This document shows, piece after piece, positions 40,266 through 50,672 of a stretch of DNA of 64,000 bases. The notes beneath the pieces were generated by a model. It was not told the origin of the DNA. It made no database searches and saw only the letters and a program-made list of their open reading frames with translations. The position numbers and the translations under genes are program-made. The number at the start of each line of letters is the position of its first letter. Within the stretch, counting starts at the first letter, position 1. The DNA lies in contig SMSO01000034.1 of the NCBI GenBank assembly GCA_004764695.1, positions 1 through 64,000 of the forward strand, given 5' to 3'. This DNA is from Schizochytrium sp. TIO01 (lineage: Eukaryota; Protista; Bigyra: Labyrinthulomycetes).

Positions 40266-41900
40266 TCACTCTTGGCGTATGCATGGTGAACCATGATAGT
40301 CACCGAGAATGACGGTATCTCCCCTTGGAGTAGAGAGCTCCCATCGTTGTGGTCCCAATGAGACCACAAAGTTGCGATCCGTGAGGTCGCGAACCGCAAC
40401 GAGAGTGGGTGCTGGTGAGGGAACATAGTCTGCATCAATGGTTACAGTGATGGTTTTCCCTTTGGTGGTTTTCATTTTAACTTGAATTTGTCCTACTTGG
40501 GTGATTTCCATGGTTTCACCGTTTGCAACTGTGATGCGTCGAGGTGTAGGAAGTTGTTCCAAGGATTGGAATAAGTTGCGATCACCGGTCATTGTTTTGG
40601 AACAGCCGCTGTCTAAGAGAATGACATCAGACGGAATAGACTGTGACAGGGCCATAAAGGAAATTGGGCCTGTCGAAGGATGAGTGACGTGACTGAGATA
40701 AGCCAAGTTCGGATCCAAACGCGAGTATGTTTGAGGAGTCGGAGATTTGCGTTTGTTGCGTTTGGTACGTTTGTTTGATAGAGGATGAGCTTGTTGTTGA
40801 GCGGAGTTAGATGACGCTCTGCAGTCGCGCCCATAGTGGCCGCGGCGACCACAGTTGGAACAAGTAATGTGCTGATGAAACTTGGATTGCTTGGAATTCG
40901 TAGGGGTCTTGGAAACAGCCGATAACGCCCAGAGATCAGCGGTAGTTTGGTCATTTGATTTGGGTTGACGTGGATGATTGGCTACCGCCCTTTGAATAGT
41001 ATGAACGGCTTTGGTGATCTGGAGTCGAGGTTCATTGAGTACCTCATTGATAGCTACCTCGTATTTGCCTCCAGTGACTTCATGGAAGCGTATCAGAGCA
41101 AGCAGTGTAACTAGTTCGAGTGGGTCAGAGTTGAGTGCGACTAGTTGTTCTCCTAGGTTGATGATTTGATAGAAGTATCTATTGCATACTTCAAAACTCT
41201 CACCAGCTGCAGGGACACGTGGAGACTGAAGTACCTTTTGTAGTCGTTGGAGTATTTGTACTTTACCTCGTGCACTAGACTCTGCAAACAGTTCGTTGAG
41301 GCGATACCACGCCTGGGTACCAGACTTGTGTGGGTTTGAGGCGGTGATAACATATAGTTTATCTTGAGCATTTTCAGCTGCCTGAGTCAGGATCTGGTAC
41401 AGCTTTTGATCTCGGTCAAACCAGATTTCCGGTGTGGGGGCGTTGGCGATGTTCTCGGGTGTGAGACCATAGGTGCCGAGAAAATTGAAGAGTTTGATTC
41501 TATACTGATCCCAGGTTCCCGTCATGTCCTCCGACATGAGGGGAAGTTTATGCTTGGCATTCCGGAAAAGGTCATAGGAGAGTTTTCCAGGAGGTCGAGT
41601 GCCAATCTGAGACCTGAGATAAGGGGTGTGCCCTGAGTTGTTTGGGTTCCCACGGTTCCCTCCAAGTTCAGTTAGGTCGACGGTAGGAAGATGCGACTGT
41701 TGGTAGATATTTGTCGCGTTGCTACCATGAGTTACTAGTCCTTTGTGGCGTTGTCTCGCCAGGTGATCCTCCCGTGCTTGCAGGAACAGTTCTTTAACGT
41801 TTGGAGGTGGGAATAGTGTTCGAGTCCACCCATCATGATCAACAACCTGAGTGATGTCCCCGTAACGTTGTGATAGGGCAGCTGGAGACATGCTCTCCAT
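40266..41900 (-). CDS. gag: Copia gag plus aspartic protease
   Basis: CCHC knuckle CSNCGRRGHYGRDC; protease ILLDSGCSKTMT. Confidence 0.92.
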   Translation of the reverse strand: MESMSPAALSQRYGDITQVVDHDGWTRTLFPPPNVKELFLQAREDHLARQRHKGLVTHGSNATNIYQQSHLPTVDLTELGGNRGNPNNSGHTPYLRSQIGTRPPGKLSYDLFRNAKHKLPLMSEDMTGTWDQYRIKLFNFLGTYGLTPENIANAPTPEIWFDRDQKLYQILTQAAENAQDKLYVITASNPHKSGTQAWYRLNELFAESSARGKVQILQRLQKVLQSPRVPAAGESFEVCNRYFYQIINLGEQLVALNSDPLELVTLLALIRFHEVTGGKYEVAINEVLNEPRLQITKAVHTIQRAVANHPRQPKSNDQTTADLWALSAVSKTPTNSKQSKFHQHITCSNCGRRGHYGRDCRASSNSAQQQAHPLSNKRTKRNKRKSPTPQTYSRLDPNLAYLSHVTHPSTGPISFMALSQSIPSDVILLDSGCSKTMTGDRNLFQSLEQLPTPRRITVANGETMEITQVGQIQVKMKTTKGKTITVTIDADYVPSPAPTLVAVRDLTDRNFVVSLGPQRWELSTPRGDTVILGDYHGSPCIRQE

Positions 41901-42047
41901 CGCTCTATCGGTCAGTTGTCCAGTACCGTCTGGGTTGGACTGTAGCGTCGGCAGACCTGGACTCCGCTTGGGCCTGATCAGTACGAGCGTTCTTGGAGTT
42001 GGAGAGATTGATTTCTTGGTTCATCTTGGTTAGTCTCGAAGTAATCT

Positions 42048-42060
42048 TGGGCCCATAACC
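42048..42060 (-). promoter_or_regulatory. Copia PBS (half-tRNA-iMet, hemivirus type)
   Basis: GGTTATGGGCCCA directly after the 5' LTR; this is the classic copia PBS, complementary to the initiator-Met anticodon arm. Confidence 0.88.
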
Positions 42061-42475
42061 TGCTGAAAGGTGATATTGATTAGCGTGAGGTTGACTGTAA
42101 AGATGAAGGTAGAAGGCTAGATGAAGGCTATAAGAAGGCTGATTTAAGAGTTAGCGAACTGCTGTCCTGAGGAATGAATTCCAGGACAGATGGATTCATG
42201 TAGTAGTTAGGGAGATTAAGACATTCTTGAATGTGGTTAGAGATAATTGATGGGGTTAGGTTATCCAACCTTCTCCACCATCGATCCAAGCTAACCAAGC
42301 TTTGGGAGTCAGTGATGTGTAATTACACTTCTAGTTCTTGGCTTCAGCAGCCACATAAATCTGGCTGCTTATTCTTGTTCTAATGCAAACCTTATTTCTA
42401 ATGGGTTTTACAAAGGGACACCAAGAACTCTAGCAATGTCTTGTCCACTAGTTCCTTCGATTGGAGATCTCAGCA
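42061..42475 (-). repeat. Copia 5' LTR
   Basis: Direct repeat of 36375-36789. Confidence 0.95.
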
Positions 42476-44154
42476 GTAACTCATATACCTTTTGAGATGC
42501 TGACTGTTCTAAGTTGCTCTGAGATAAAGAAAAAAACTCCATGCATGGTGGAGTAGCTTGTTCATCAGGTTTGCTCCTTCAAACTTAATTTTTCTAAACG
42601 TAATGCAAAAAAGTCTGCAGTCTCGTCAAATGGCCCAGATGCAAAAAATTCTATCAATGAGCAATGAAAATCCATTTGAGGGGGATTAATCCTCCTCCGT
42701 ATTGATCGCAACTAAAGTTGTGGCATAATAGATACAACCTCAGCACAGATAGACTTCAAAATATGCATGTATGGGACGAACGATTGTTCCTATCAACATA
42801 AGTGTTCAGTTCGGTTATGGCAATGCTTCAATACAATTACCTGCAGTGCACATGCAATGGCTAAGTAGGCCTAGCAAGCATCCCAAACTTGCTAAGGAGT
42901 AGGTAATCTAATGGGTAGGAGATTTAATCTCTTCTATTTGGTAGGTGGTGTTGCGAGATCACCTATGTTTCCAAGTCCTCAGAACCTGTCAAAGTATCTA
43001 TGTAAGCGCAAGTTTCCAAGTATTATTGATCTCCAGACAGAGAGAGAACTTAGTGGCTGCCAGCCTGTCTAAAGTTAAGCTTGAAGCTCGACTTACGATG
43101 ACTAAACCGTGATTTGAGCTTCAGACTTACGAATTCTCTGAAAAGATACAGTTAAAAGTGCGGATCTTATTGTAATAGAAACTCCCCTTGATAGGAATTT
43201 GCTCTTTCAATTTTCGCTTTATCTGTTGTCTAGCTTTGAGTACTTTAAAACATTCGTTATCTTGCACTTTTGAGGAATGGTTGTTCATCTGCAGGTAAAA
43301 GGGTTTCGTTTAATTATGAGATGATTGATGTGTCTCTTTCTGTAGTTAAAAAAACACCTGATAAATTCGGGACAGAGGTGTTCATTTAAAGTTCTACTCT
43401 GCTACGACCAAAAAAAAAATCATATTCAACATACCATTGTAAGTTTCCGCATATTCCCTCAAGCTTCTAGCCTAAATATTGCAAATTCTCTTTTGATTGA
43501 TGCAGTCATGGCGCCGCATATGTAAAATTAAGTTTGCACGAGTCTTGCTGAAACCCACTGTATCCTGCTATGTTAGAGAAAACGAACCTCTGAGCTGGGT
43601 CTACTATGGTATGATTTTCTAATTCTTATTTAGCAATTACCTGAACGGAACTGTCTTTTGGCTGGTCTAGCGGATTCAATATTTCTTTAGAAAATCTTTC
43701 GCTCAATCTAATCCTGACCTAGAGTATCACCATAACACTCATGACAGCTGTGAACTTTTTAAAACCAGTTGGGGGAAAGTGCAGACAACTTGCGAATTCT
43801 TTACACAGTAGCAATGCTGTCGCTTGGTTCTAGTTTTGCATCTTGATTACCTATATCGATTTGCCTGTGTATTTCTTATTGGCCTTGCCTGCTCAATCGA
43901 AGGCATTTTCTAGCTAAGTAGCTTAGTAGGACTGCCTATTGCTCATTAACTTTTTGTACTATTGATTATATGAACTTGACTACTACCCTGTGACATAGGA
44001 AACCATTAGCGTGGTCAGAAGCCAACAATTACCTCCGTCCGAGAGGTCTTGCCATAAACTTCAACTTAGTTGACGAGAATTTATCCACGATCAACTACCT
44101 AGTTCTGGCTTGCTTTAGTCCAGTTGCGTTCAGATCGTTTGGTTCATATCTACG

Positions 44155-45153
44155 ATGGACGCCAAACGCCGCCAGAGCAAAGCTAGGCGCTTTGTGGCTA
44201 GCACGCCTGAGGAGATTGCTTCTGTCTACAACAAGGCAGGGGTAGTGTTGGTGCGGGACAAGGTCCCTGAGGAGGCCCTGCTCAAGCTGGATCCAGGTCA
44301 CACGTGGTCCAAGCTTGATAAGGCCTCTCAGGACTCCTGGTGTGTAGAAAATGGCAAAGTTGCTGGACCCGAAATTCTGAATAAATTGCCAAAGCAGTCT
44401 GATGAGTCTTCCGCAGAGACGAGCTGGTATGTATCATTTATTGCCAAAACCGTACCAGAAGATTTGCCATTTAAGGAAATGCCTATTGCCAAGAGCCATA
44501 GTGACTCTATTTGGTTCTTTGTGGGTCATCATGCTTCTAAGGATGGCAAACCTTTGCGTGGCCGCCCTGAGCATACTGACGATGTGCCCCATGACGGCAC
44601 TTTTCACATCCAAGCAAGAGGCTCCAAACGCTGGTTCTTACGCCCAACGGATGAACTCCTCGCGGAGCGTCCAGACTCTGGTCTTAATGCAAATGACTCA
44701 TTTGAGATTGAGTGCAAACGTGGAGATCTTATTGCCGTGAACACTCGTCTCTGGTGGCACCAAACAGAACTCCCGGCGTCGAAAGAGCCATCATTCAGTT
44801 ATGCTCGCGATTTCTACCTTGAAGAGAATCAAGGTGCTGAAGAATCAGATTTTATTAACCAAGATGGGTTTTATGCCGCAGCCAATATTTCAGCAGGTAC
44901 AATCCTTGTCCGCGAGGATGATATGCCCGACTGTGAGCTCCCTACTTCGAAAAGCGATAGAGCAAATTGTGAGGTTGTGGAGCTCGATGATGGAGAAAAT
45001 GCTCTTGTTGCAAAGCGAGATATCTCTACTGGTGAATGGTTTGTGGTTTATGATTCAGACGCAGAGTCCGATGCAGAATCTAGCGCGGAGGCAAATGAAG
45101 ATGCCGATGATAACGGCGAAGAAGATAATGCTGACGATGATGCTGACGAATAA
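44155..45153 (+). CDS. JmjC/cupin 2-oxoglutarate oxygenase with a C-terminal reduced SET-like domain and acidic tail
   Basis: EHTD...GSKRWFL...GDLIAVNTRLWWHQT (HxD...H); then GFYAAANISAGTIL...ANCE...VAKRDISTGEWFVVYD. Confidence 0.85.
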   Translation: MDAKRRQSKARRFVASTPEEIASVYNKAGVVLVRDKVPEEALLKLDPGHTWSKLDKASQDSWCVENGKVAGPEILNKLPKQSDESSAETSWYVSFIAKTVPEDLPFKEMPIAKSHSDSIWFFVGHHASKDGKPLRGRPEHTDDVPHDGTFHIQARGSKRWFLRPTDELLAERPDSGLNANDSFEIECKRGDLIAVNTRLWWHQTELPASKEPSFSYARDFYLEENQGAEESDFINQDGFYAAANISAGTILVREDDMPDCELPTSKSDRANCEVVELDDGENALVAKRDISTGEWFVVYDSDAESDAESSAEANEDADDNGEEDNADDDADE

Positions 45154-45822
45154 AGCCAGTTAGGTGTCAGCTTTTGAAGCTATTCATTCAATAATTTTAC
45201 ATATCATTTCCGTTTGCTCGCGAAGAGATATCTATGTTTGCACAAGATTTAAAATTATGTGAATGATAAAACCTTCTGTTTCCATTTTTGAACAACTTTA
45301 CAACTTGGGAAAAATTTGAAGCCAGGTGGAAAGATCCTTGCTTATGTATTTCTATTTATTCATTTTTTCGTACCATTAGTGCAATTATGCGACTCTTTGA
45401 TTAGGCATTATTACGTAACATGAATGTCGTTTTGAAAAATTAAAAAAATATGCACATGTACTCTCTTCTCTTTGAATGCATTTTTGCTTCTGAATTGCCG
45501 CATTGCCTTTCGAGCAAAATCGTAAAGTATGGTCTTGAATTTTTTTCACGTGTCTCTCTATGTACTCAAAAAGCTTTGTTCCTCGAATCAAGTTTTTAAA
45601 ATCATTAAATTTAGTATGTTCGAAAAGGCTAAAAGGTGACTTTCTCGAGGAGAATCAAGTTAATTTAGTTATGAGGCGTCGATCACAGATAGCTTCAATT
45701 GATAGGCTCTATATTAAGTTTTTTTAATAAACTATGATTGACTATTATCTCCAGATCCAATTCCTGAGGATCTATACATTGACAGGCATATTTCTTCGCT
45801 TTGTGGGAAGCTAGGCATGGAT

Positions 45823-46467
45823 TCAGTTTGCGTATGTAGCCTTGACTTCGGTGGCAGTAGCCACTGTTGCAACAGGCACAACTACTTGCGGACTGGCCTG
45901 CACTGGGCTTTGCACGTGAACAGGCATAGTTCGTACAACAGGGCTTGTCACAACAACAACTGATACTTGCATTGTAGAATGAAGTGCATTTGTCGCATAT
46001 GTAGAAAAACCCCACACGATAAGAAACCCAAGACCCAAGAAAAGCTCAACAATGTCCATTCCAATTGAGGTGTTCTCGTCATACCCTGGCAAAGACATAC
46101 CAACAAAGTAAATGCAAGTGGCTATAATACCATACAAGGTAAGAAAGAAACAGATGCCACTGCATACGCATGAGGTATAGAGAAGAGAGGGATTGTTGTC
46201 CTTCGCGCCAAAAATTGCACAGACTGGGATGAGCGCTACTAGAATATAAACCAAAATATTGATAACAATAACGAAATTTACGCCCACTTGCTCGACTGAG
46301 TTTGAAGCATCCGAGCTTACAACAATGTTGATGATTGCAACCAACCATTCAATGAGAACAAGACCAAGGGCAATTTTAGCCCAAAGCATCACAAGCTTCT
46401 TTTGCTTGGCAGCAACATCGCCACTTTGCACTTGCGGACTTACAATCATGTATCTCAATTGCTTCAC
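45823..46467 (-). CDS. Four-TM membrane protein, paralog 1
   Basis: Four hydrophobic segments; LIPVCAIFGAKDNN motif; V/P/Q-rich tail. Confidence 0.8.
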   Translation of the reverse strand: MKQLRYMIVSPQVQSGDVAAKQKKLVMLWAKIALGLVLIEWLVAIINIVVSSDASNSVEQVGVNFVIVINILVYILVALIPVCAIFGAKDNNPSLLYTSCVCSGICFFLTLYGIIATCIYFVGMSLPGYDENTSIGMDIVELFLGLGFLIVWGFSTYATNALHSTMQVSVVVVTSPVVRTMPVHVQSPVQASPQVVVPVATVATATEVKATYAN

Positions 46468-46887
46468 AGTACAGCACTGTGACTCCTAATTTTCAAAGAT
46501 GTTGCAAGAAATTCTGCTGGATTATGGTTTGGTCATCCAGACTCTGCTCCATCGAACCAAACTTCGTATGATGGTAAGATGGTCATCCTTGTAATGTACC
46601 AAGATGGAGGCAACGGATCTACTATACAGTGCTAAGTAGTAAATGTAACGACACAGGTGTGTTCGCACACCAAATGAATGATCACAAAACCGGCTAGGTG
46701 CATGCATCGATGACCCTTTCGAGTTCCTTCTCGAACCATGGTCAATCCAGCACCTTCTTAAATAAGACATAGTCTTATGCGGTCCTCGTGAGGAGCATGT
46801 CTAGCTAGCGAGTGGACTGAACTTGGGTATTGAATAAAGGAAAAAAGGATTGTTAGAAAGAATACTAGTACCAGTGCTAGTCTTATT

Positions 46888-47022
46888 AATATCAATATCA
46901 ATATCAATATCAATATCAATATCATTATCATTATCATTATCATTATCATTATCATTATCATTATCATTATCATTATCATTATCATTATCATTATCATTAT
47001 CATTATCATTATCATTATCATT
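46888..47022. repeat. Compound hexanucleotide microsatellite (ATATCA)n(TTATCA)n
   Basis: Seen directly. Confidence 0.95.
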
Positions 47023-47506
47023 AAGGCCGTTTCTCCTTCCTAATTTTTAAATTATAAATACAAGTTAAATCAGCTATGTCAGAAACAGACCCCATACATT
47101 AACATAGCTCATGCGATTGTTATGACCTCCTGTGTGAAGCAATTTGCATAATTGAGGAGGTTGTCTGCATTCTTATGATGAGCGAAAGCAAATATCCAGT
47201 AGTTGAATAACCCCCTGCAGGTATTTATTCGTAAAACAAACACACACAAAAATTGGCTATAATCCTAAATGTCTTGGGGTAGTATGATCTTTTCTACGTT
47301 GTAAATAATTGGTTGATATTTAGCCAGAAATGCGTGGTAGCAAATATTCGAATATTTGTAAAGGAAAGTGGCATAATTTTTAATTTTTCTCAAAGTAAAT
47401 ACATATCCACAAAATGAGGCCAGTAATGTTTGTATCCGAAGTTTATGTAAGTCCCAAAAAGAGAAACATGGACGTCCACAAGCACTAAAAGCGAGTTACT
47501 TTACGT

Positions 47507-48205
47507 TTAGGATATCTTGTAAGCAGGCATGGGAACGACATAGCTTGTGGCAACCACTGGTTGTGCCTCGACTATGTGTTCGTTGCTGGTAAGGTATGTA
47601 TTGACTGGTTGAGCTTGCTGAAGTGTCTCTCTATCATACGCGGAGAGATCACGAACATAGTCAACACCAGCGTTGTCATACGCAGAAACTCCCGGAGTGT
47701 AGCCTGGAGCTTGGTGAGGCCCATCTAAGGGTAAGACGTGATTTGTCATAATTATTTGGTTCTGCGCAGGGGTCGATATCGCGACGACTTGGGAAAGCGT
47801 AGAGTACAAGCGGCGGTTTACCGACATGAATTGAATCCAGTTTACCGAGCAAAGAAAGGGAATCATAAAAGAAAACGTTGATGATGTTGTGAGCGACGAG
47901 TTAATGATTGATGACCAACCAGCAACACTGTAGAATACGAAACCAATTGAAATGAGAAGGCTTACACCAGACACAACTAAAATGATTTTCTTATTGCTCT
48001 TTGCAGCTCCAAAAGCTCCAAGCAGAGGCACAGAGATCAATAAAGTTGCATACCCAGCAAGAGTGTGTAGTAAAACATCGGTTGTCCGTAGAAGTACGAT
48101 TACTACAAACATACTGACTAAGCCAATCAAGAATGATGCACTGACGTACACACGGACGCGTGCACGCCTTCGCGCCGCAAGCAAGGCAATCTCAGGGTTT
48201 GTCAT
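47507..48205 (-). CDS. Four-TM membrane protein, paralog 2
   Basis: Four hydrophobic segments; SVPLLGAFGAAKSN motif; AQPV repeats in the tail. Confidence 0.8.
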   Translation of the reverse strand: MTNPEIALLAARRRARVRVYVSASFLIGLVSMFVVIVLLRTTDVLLHTLAGYATLLISVPLLGAFGAAKSNKKIILVVSGVSLLISIGFVFYSVAGWSSIINSSLTTSSTFSFMIPFLCSVNWIQFMSVNRRLYSTLSQVVAISTPAQNQIIMTNHVLPLDGPHQAPGYTPGVSAYDNAGVDYVRDLSAYDRETLQQAQPVNTYLTSNEHIVEAQPVVATSYVVPMPAYKIS

Positions 48206-48914
48206 CTTGTATGTGCAATAACTGCCCTATGCACTGGCATTTGGGTTTACTTGTCATGAAACTGCACATTATTGGAGTTTTCTTTGTGTACTAAGGACAG
48301 TGAAATAGCATCTTGTGACTTAGGACACCATGCATATGTCCTTATGTCCCAAAAGGTATGTGTCCGTTGGATGCATCACGAGATTTTCTCTTTCCTAATA
48401 CCTCTAGAACAGCTTTGCGGTATGTTTGATAGATTTCAAGATGACTACCCCTTCACTCAACATTGGAATCGCATCATTGGCTAAGTTCTTGTTGATACAT
48501 CTTATTTACATGACAGTTAAAAAAATATGTGACTCCCGGGAAACTTGTACAATGTCAAATTGTTTTTCTTTCCACCCCTTTACACTTTGAGATTTTACCC
48601 AATAGAAGACACATAGATATATCATAAGCCCTTTAGTCCATGGAATATTTCAATTTGTCTAATCACTTTATCGCAAAAAAGCAGATGAATTAAAACGGTG
48701 GAGCGTAGGCGCAGCATCCCCAGTTAGGTAAAAATGTATTCTAAAATATGTGCTTTGACATCTTTGATAGAATGAATCAAATCAAAGAGCTCACGTTGAA
48801 TATCGAATAAAGCAGATTGTTGAAGATATTGATTTTAGCGAGCTAGACTACTTGCAATTATGTGAACTTAATATAGTCTAACGAATGTCTCAAGGACATT
48901 GACCCTAGACTGGA

Positions 48915-49520
48915 CTAGCCTATATTGTCTTCGAGCTTGGAAGAAAGATTAGAATCTCCACCAACATATACAACAATAGGAACTGTATTAATATGTATGG
49001 GGACACTCACAAGCTGGTGAGACAGGGACGAACGCATTCGAAAACTCGAATGCGCAAATCCTGCCCAGCAAATTATACAGAGTGCAGTGAATAAAATAAC
49101 CAAGATTACAATCACAATGGTTCGCATTTTGAATGACTCTTCATCATTCGATGGAATAATGTTCTCCACAAGATCGTCAAAGAAGCCATATAAAATGACT
49201 TTTTGTAATTCAAAGGCTAAAAGTCCGAGAAAAATCAACGTATACGCAATACCAAACTTAAAGGCTAATGAAACTAGCCCACGATCGCTTCGTTCTGCTG
49301 CATTGATTGCAAAAATAGGAACTAATCCTGCGAAACCGTGTGCTACTAATATAATAAAGAAGAAAAGAGCATCAGACACAGGGTTTGCAAAAGTCACGCA
49401 GCAATATATAAGGCTGAGACCAATCAGTGCAGAAAGTCCGTGTGCATAGCGCTTCACTCTTCGCTGATACAATTGTACGTCAGTCACATTGACGCCTTCG
49501 TACAGAGCGTTGACAATCAT
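48915..49520 (-). CDS. Four-TM membrane protein, paralog 3
   Basis: Four hydrophobic segments; LVPIFAINAAERSD motif. Confidence 0.75.
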   Translation of the reverse strand: MIVNALYEGVNVTDVQLYQRRVKRYAHGLSALIGLSLIYCCVTFANPVSDALFFFIILVAHGFAGLVPIFAINAAERSDRGLVSLAFKFGIAYTLIFLGLLAFELQKVILYGFFDDLVENIIPSNDEESFKMRTIVIVILVILFTALCIICWAGFAHSSFRMRSSLSHQLVSVPIHINTVPIVVYVGGDSNLSSKLEDNIG

Positions 49521-50672
49521 TTTTCTTATCCTATATGATGAAAGCTGCCGTCAAACTCGCACTCCTGATATGCACTCTGTACGTTGCAGGTTTGCTCACG
49601 CCAGACTTCTCGTTGTGTAGGTTGGATAACATTTAATTTAACATTCTCCTTGATGACATTTTCCATCATTTTGGGGAAGGAAGAGCATGAGTAGATTTGA
49701 TCATCCTGAACTACGTATATCAAACCAGGTTTTGTTGGCTTTGGTGTGGTACGATCCTGAAAACCTACCAACTATCCGTTTTTTTGTGTTCTGGGAAATA
49801 AATCTACCAGATATCTAACAACATTTCGATAGGCCGGGAACCACAAAAATAAACAGGGAAGCTTCCTAGCAACATACTATGAGAGGTAGCTAGAAAGTTG
49901 AGGATAAACGGAAGGAAAACAATCAAGATAGACAGACTGCCCCTTTGGCCCTGATCTTAATTTTCTAGTTCCTCTACTTGCGAACGTACAATATCTACCA
50001 AAAATGAACGGAGAAAGCACTAGTAGACCAAGTAAACCTGGTTACATAGGTTAGTCATTATGAATATAATTAAAATGGAAGAAAATTGCTTTCTAACCTT
50101 TTAAAGGCACGAGAATGAGATATACAACGAACAAACATTAAATAGTGGTAGCTTACAACATCATACGATGGGCTGAAAGCACCTACTAACAACAAACAAA
50201 AGCTCTTCACAGGAACTTTCAAGGAGGTTGCGGGAACCTAATATCATGAGAAATGTACAACCCACCGATTTAAATTTGAAGAAAGCCTTAGAGGTTGCCA
50301 ATTAAAGAGCAGATTAGATGTCGCTCGTTATATAACTGTTTTGCTAAAACAACGCTGCCGTGGGATCGTTAGGCGCACATCAGTAATGACATATACCGTC
50401 CTCGATTGTCATAGTTCTACTTTTCTATATCTTCGTTGAAGAAAGATAGAACAAATGCGAAGCTCAGCCCAGCTTGAAATAGATTATATTTTCAAATTGG
50501 AGTGACAATACCAAAAATTGGAGTAAAATGATCAGTATGAACAGACTTGATAAGAGCGGCAGAATGCATATAACAAGTAGAACCTTGCTACATGGTAGAA
50601 AGTCACCAAGTTGAAGTAAAGAGAGATAGAGTGCCAGGCATCTGCTTAACTTTTAAAACTCTGTATTATTTC

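Larger units (their letters stand above)
36375..42475 (-). mobile_element. Full-length Ty1/Copia LTR retrotransposon (6.1 kb), recent insertion
   Basis: 415-bp LTRs (TG...CA) that look identical by eye; TSD GTAAC (36370-36374, 42476-42480); PBS and PPT present; gag-PR-IN-RT-RH order. Confidence 0.97.

Noticed and set aside
36375-42475. This Copia as the autonomous partner of the TRIM
   Set aside because: Different LTR sequence and different PBS (iMet versus Lys)
46758-47050. MIMI/SLSL ORFs
   Set aside because: Translations of a hexanucleotide microsatellite
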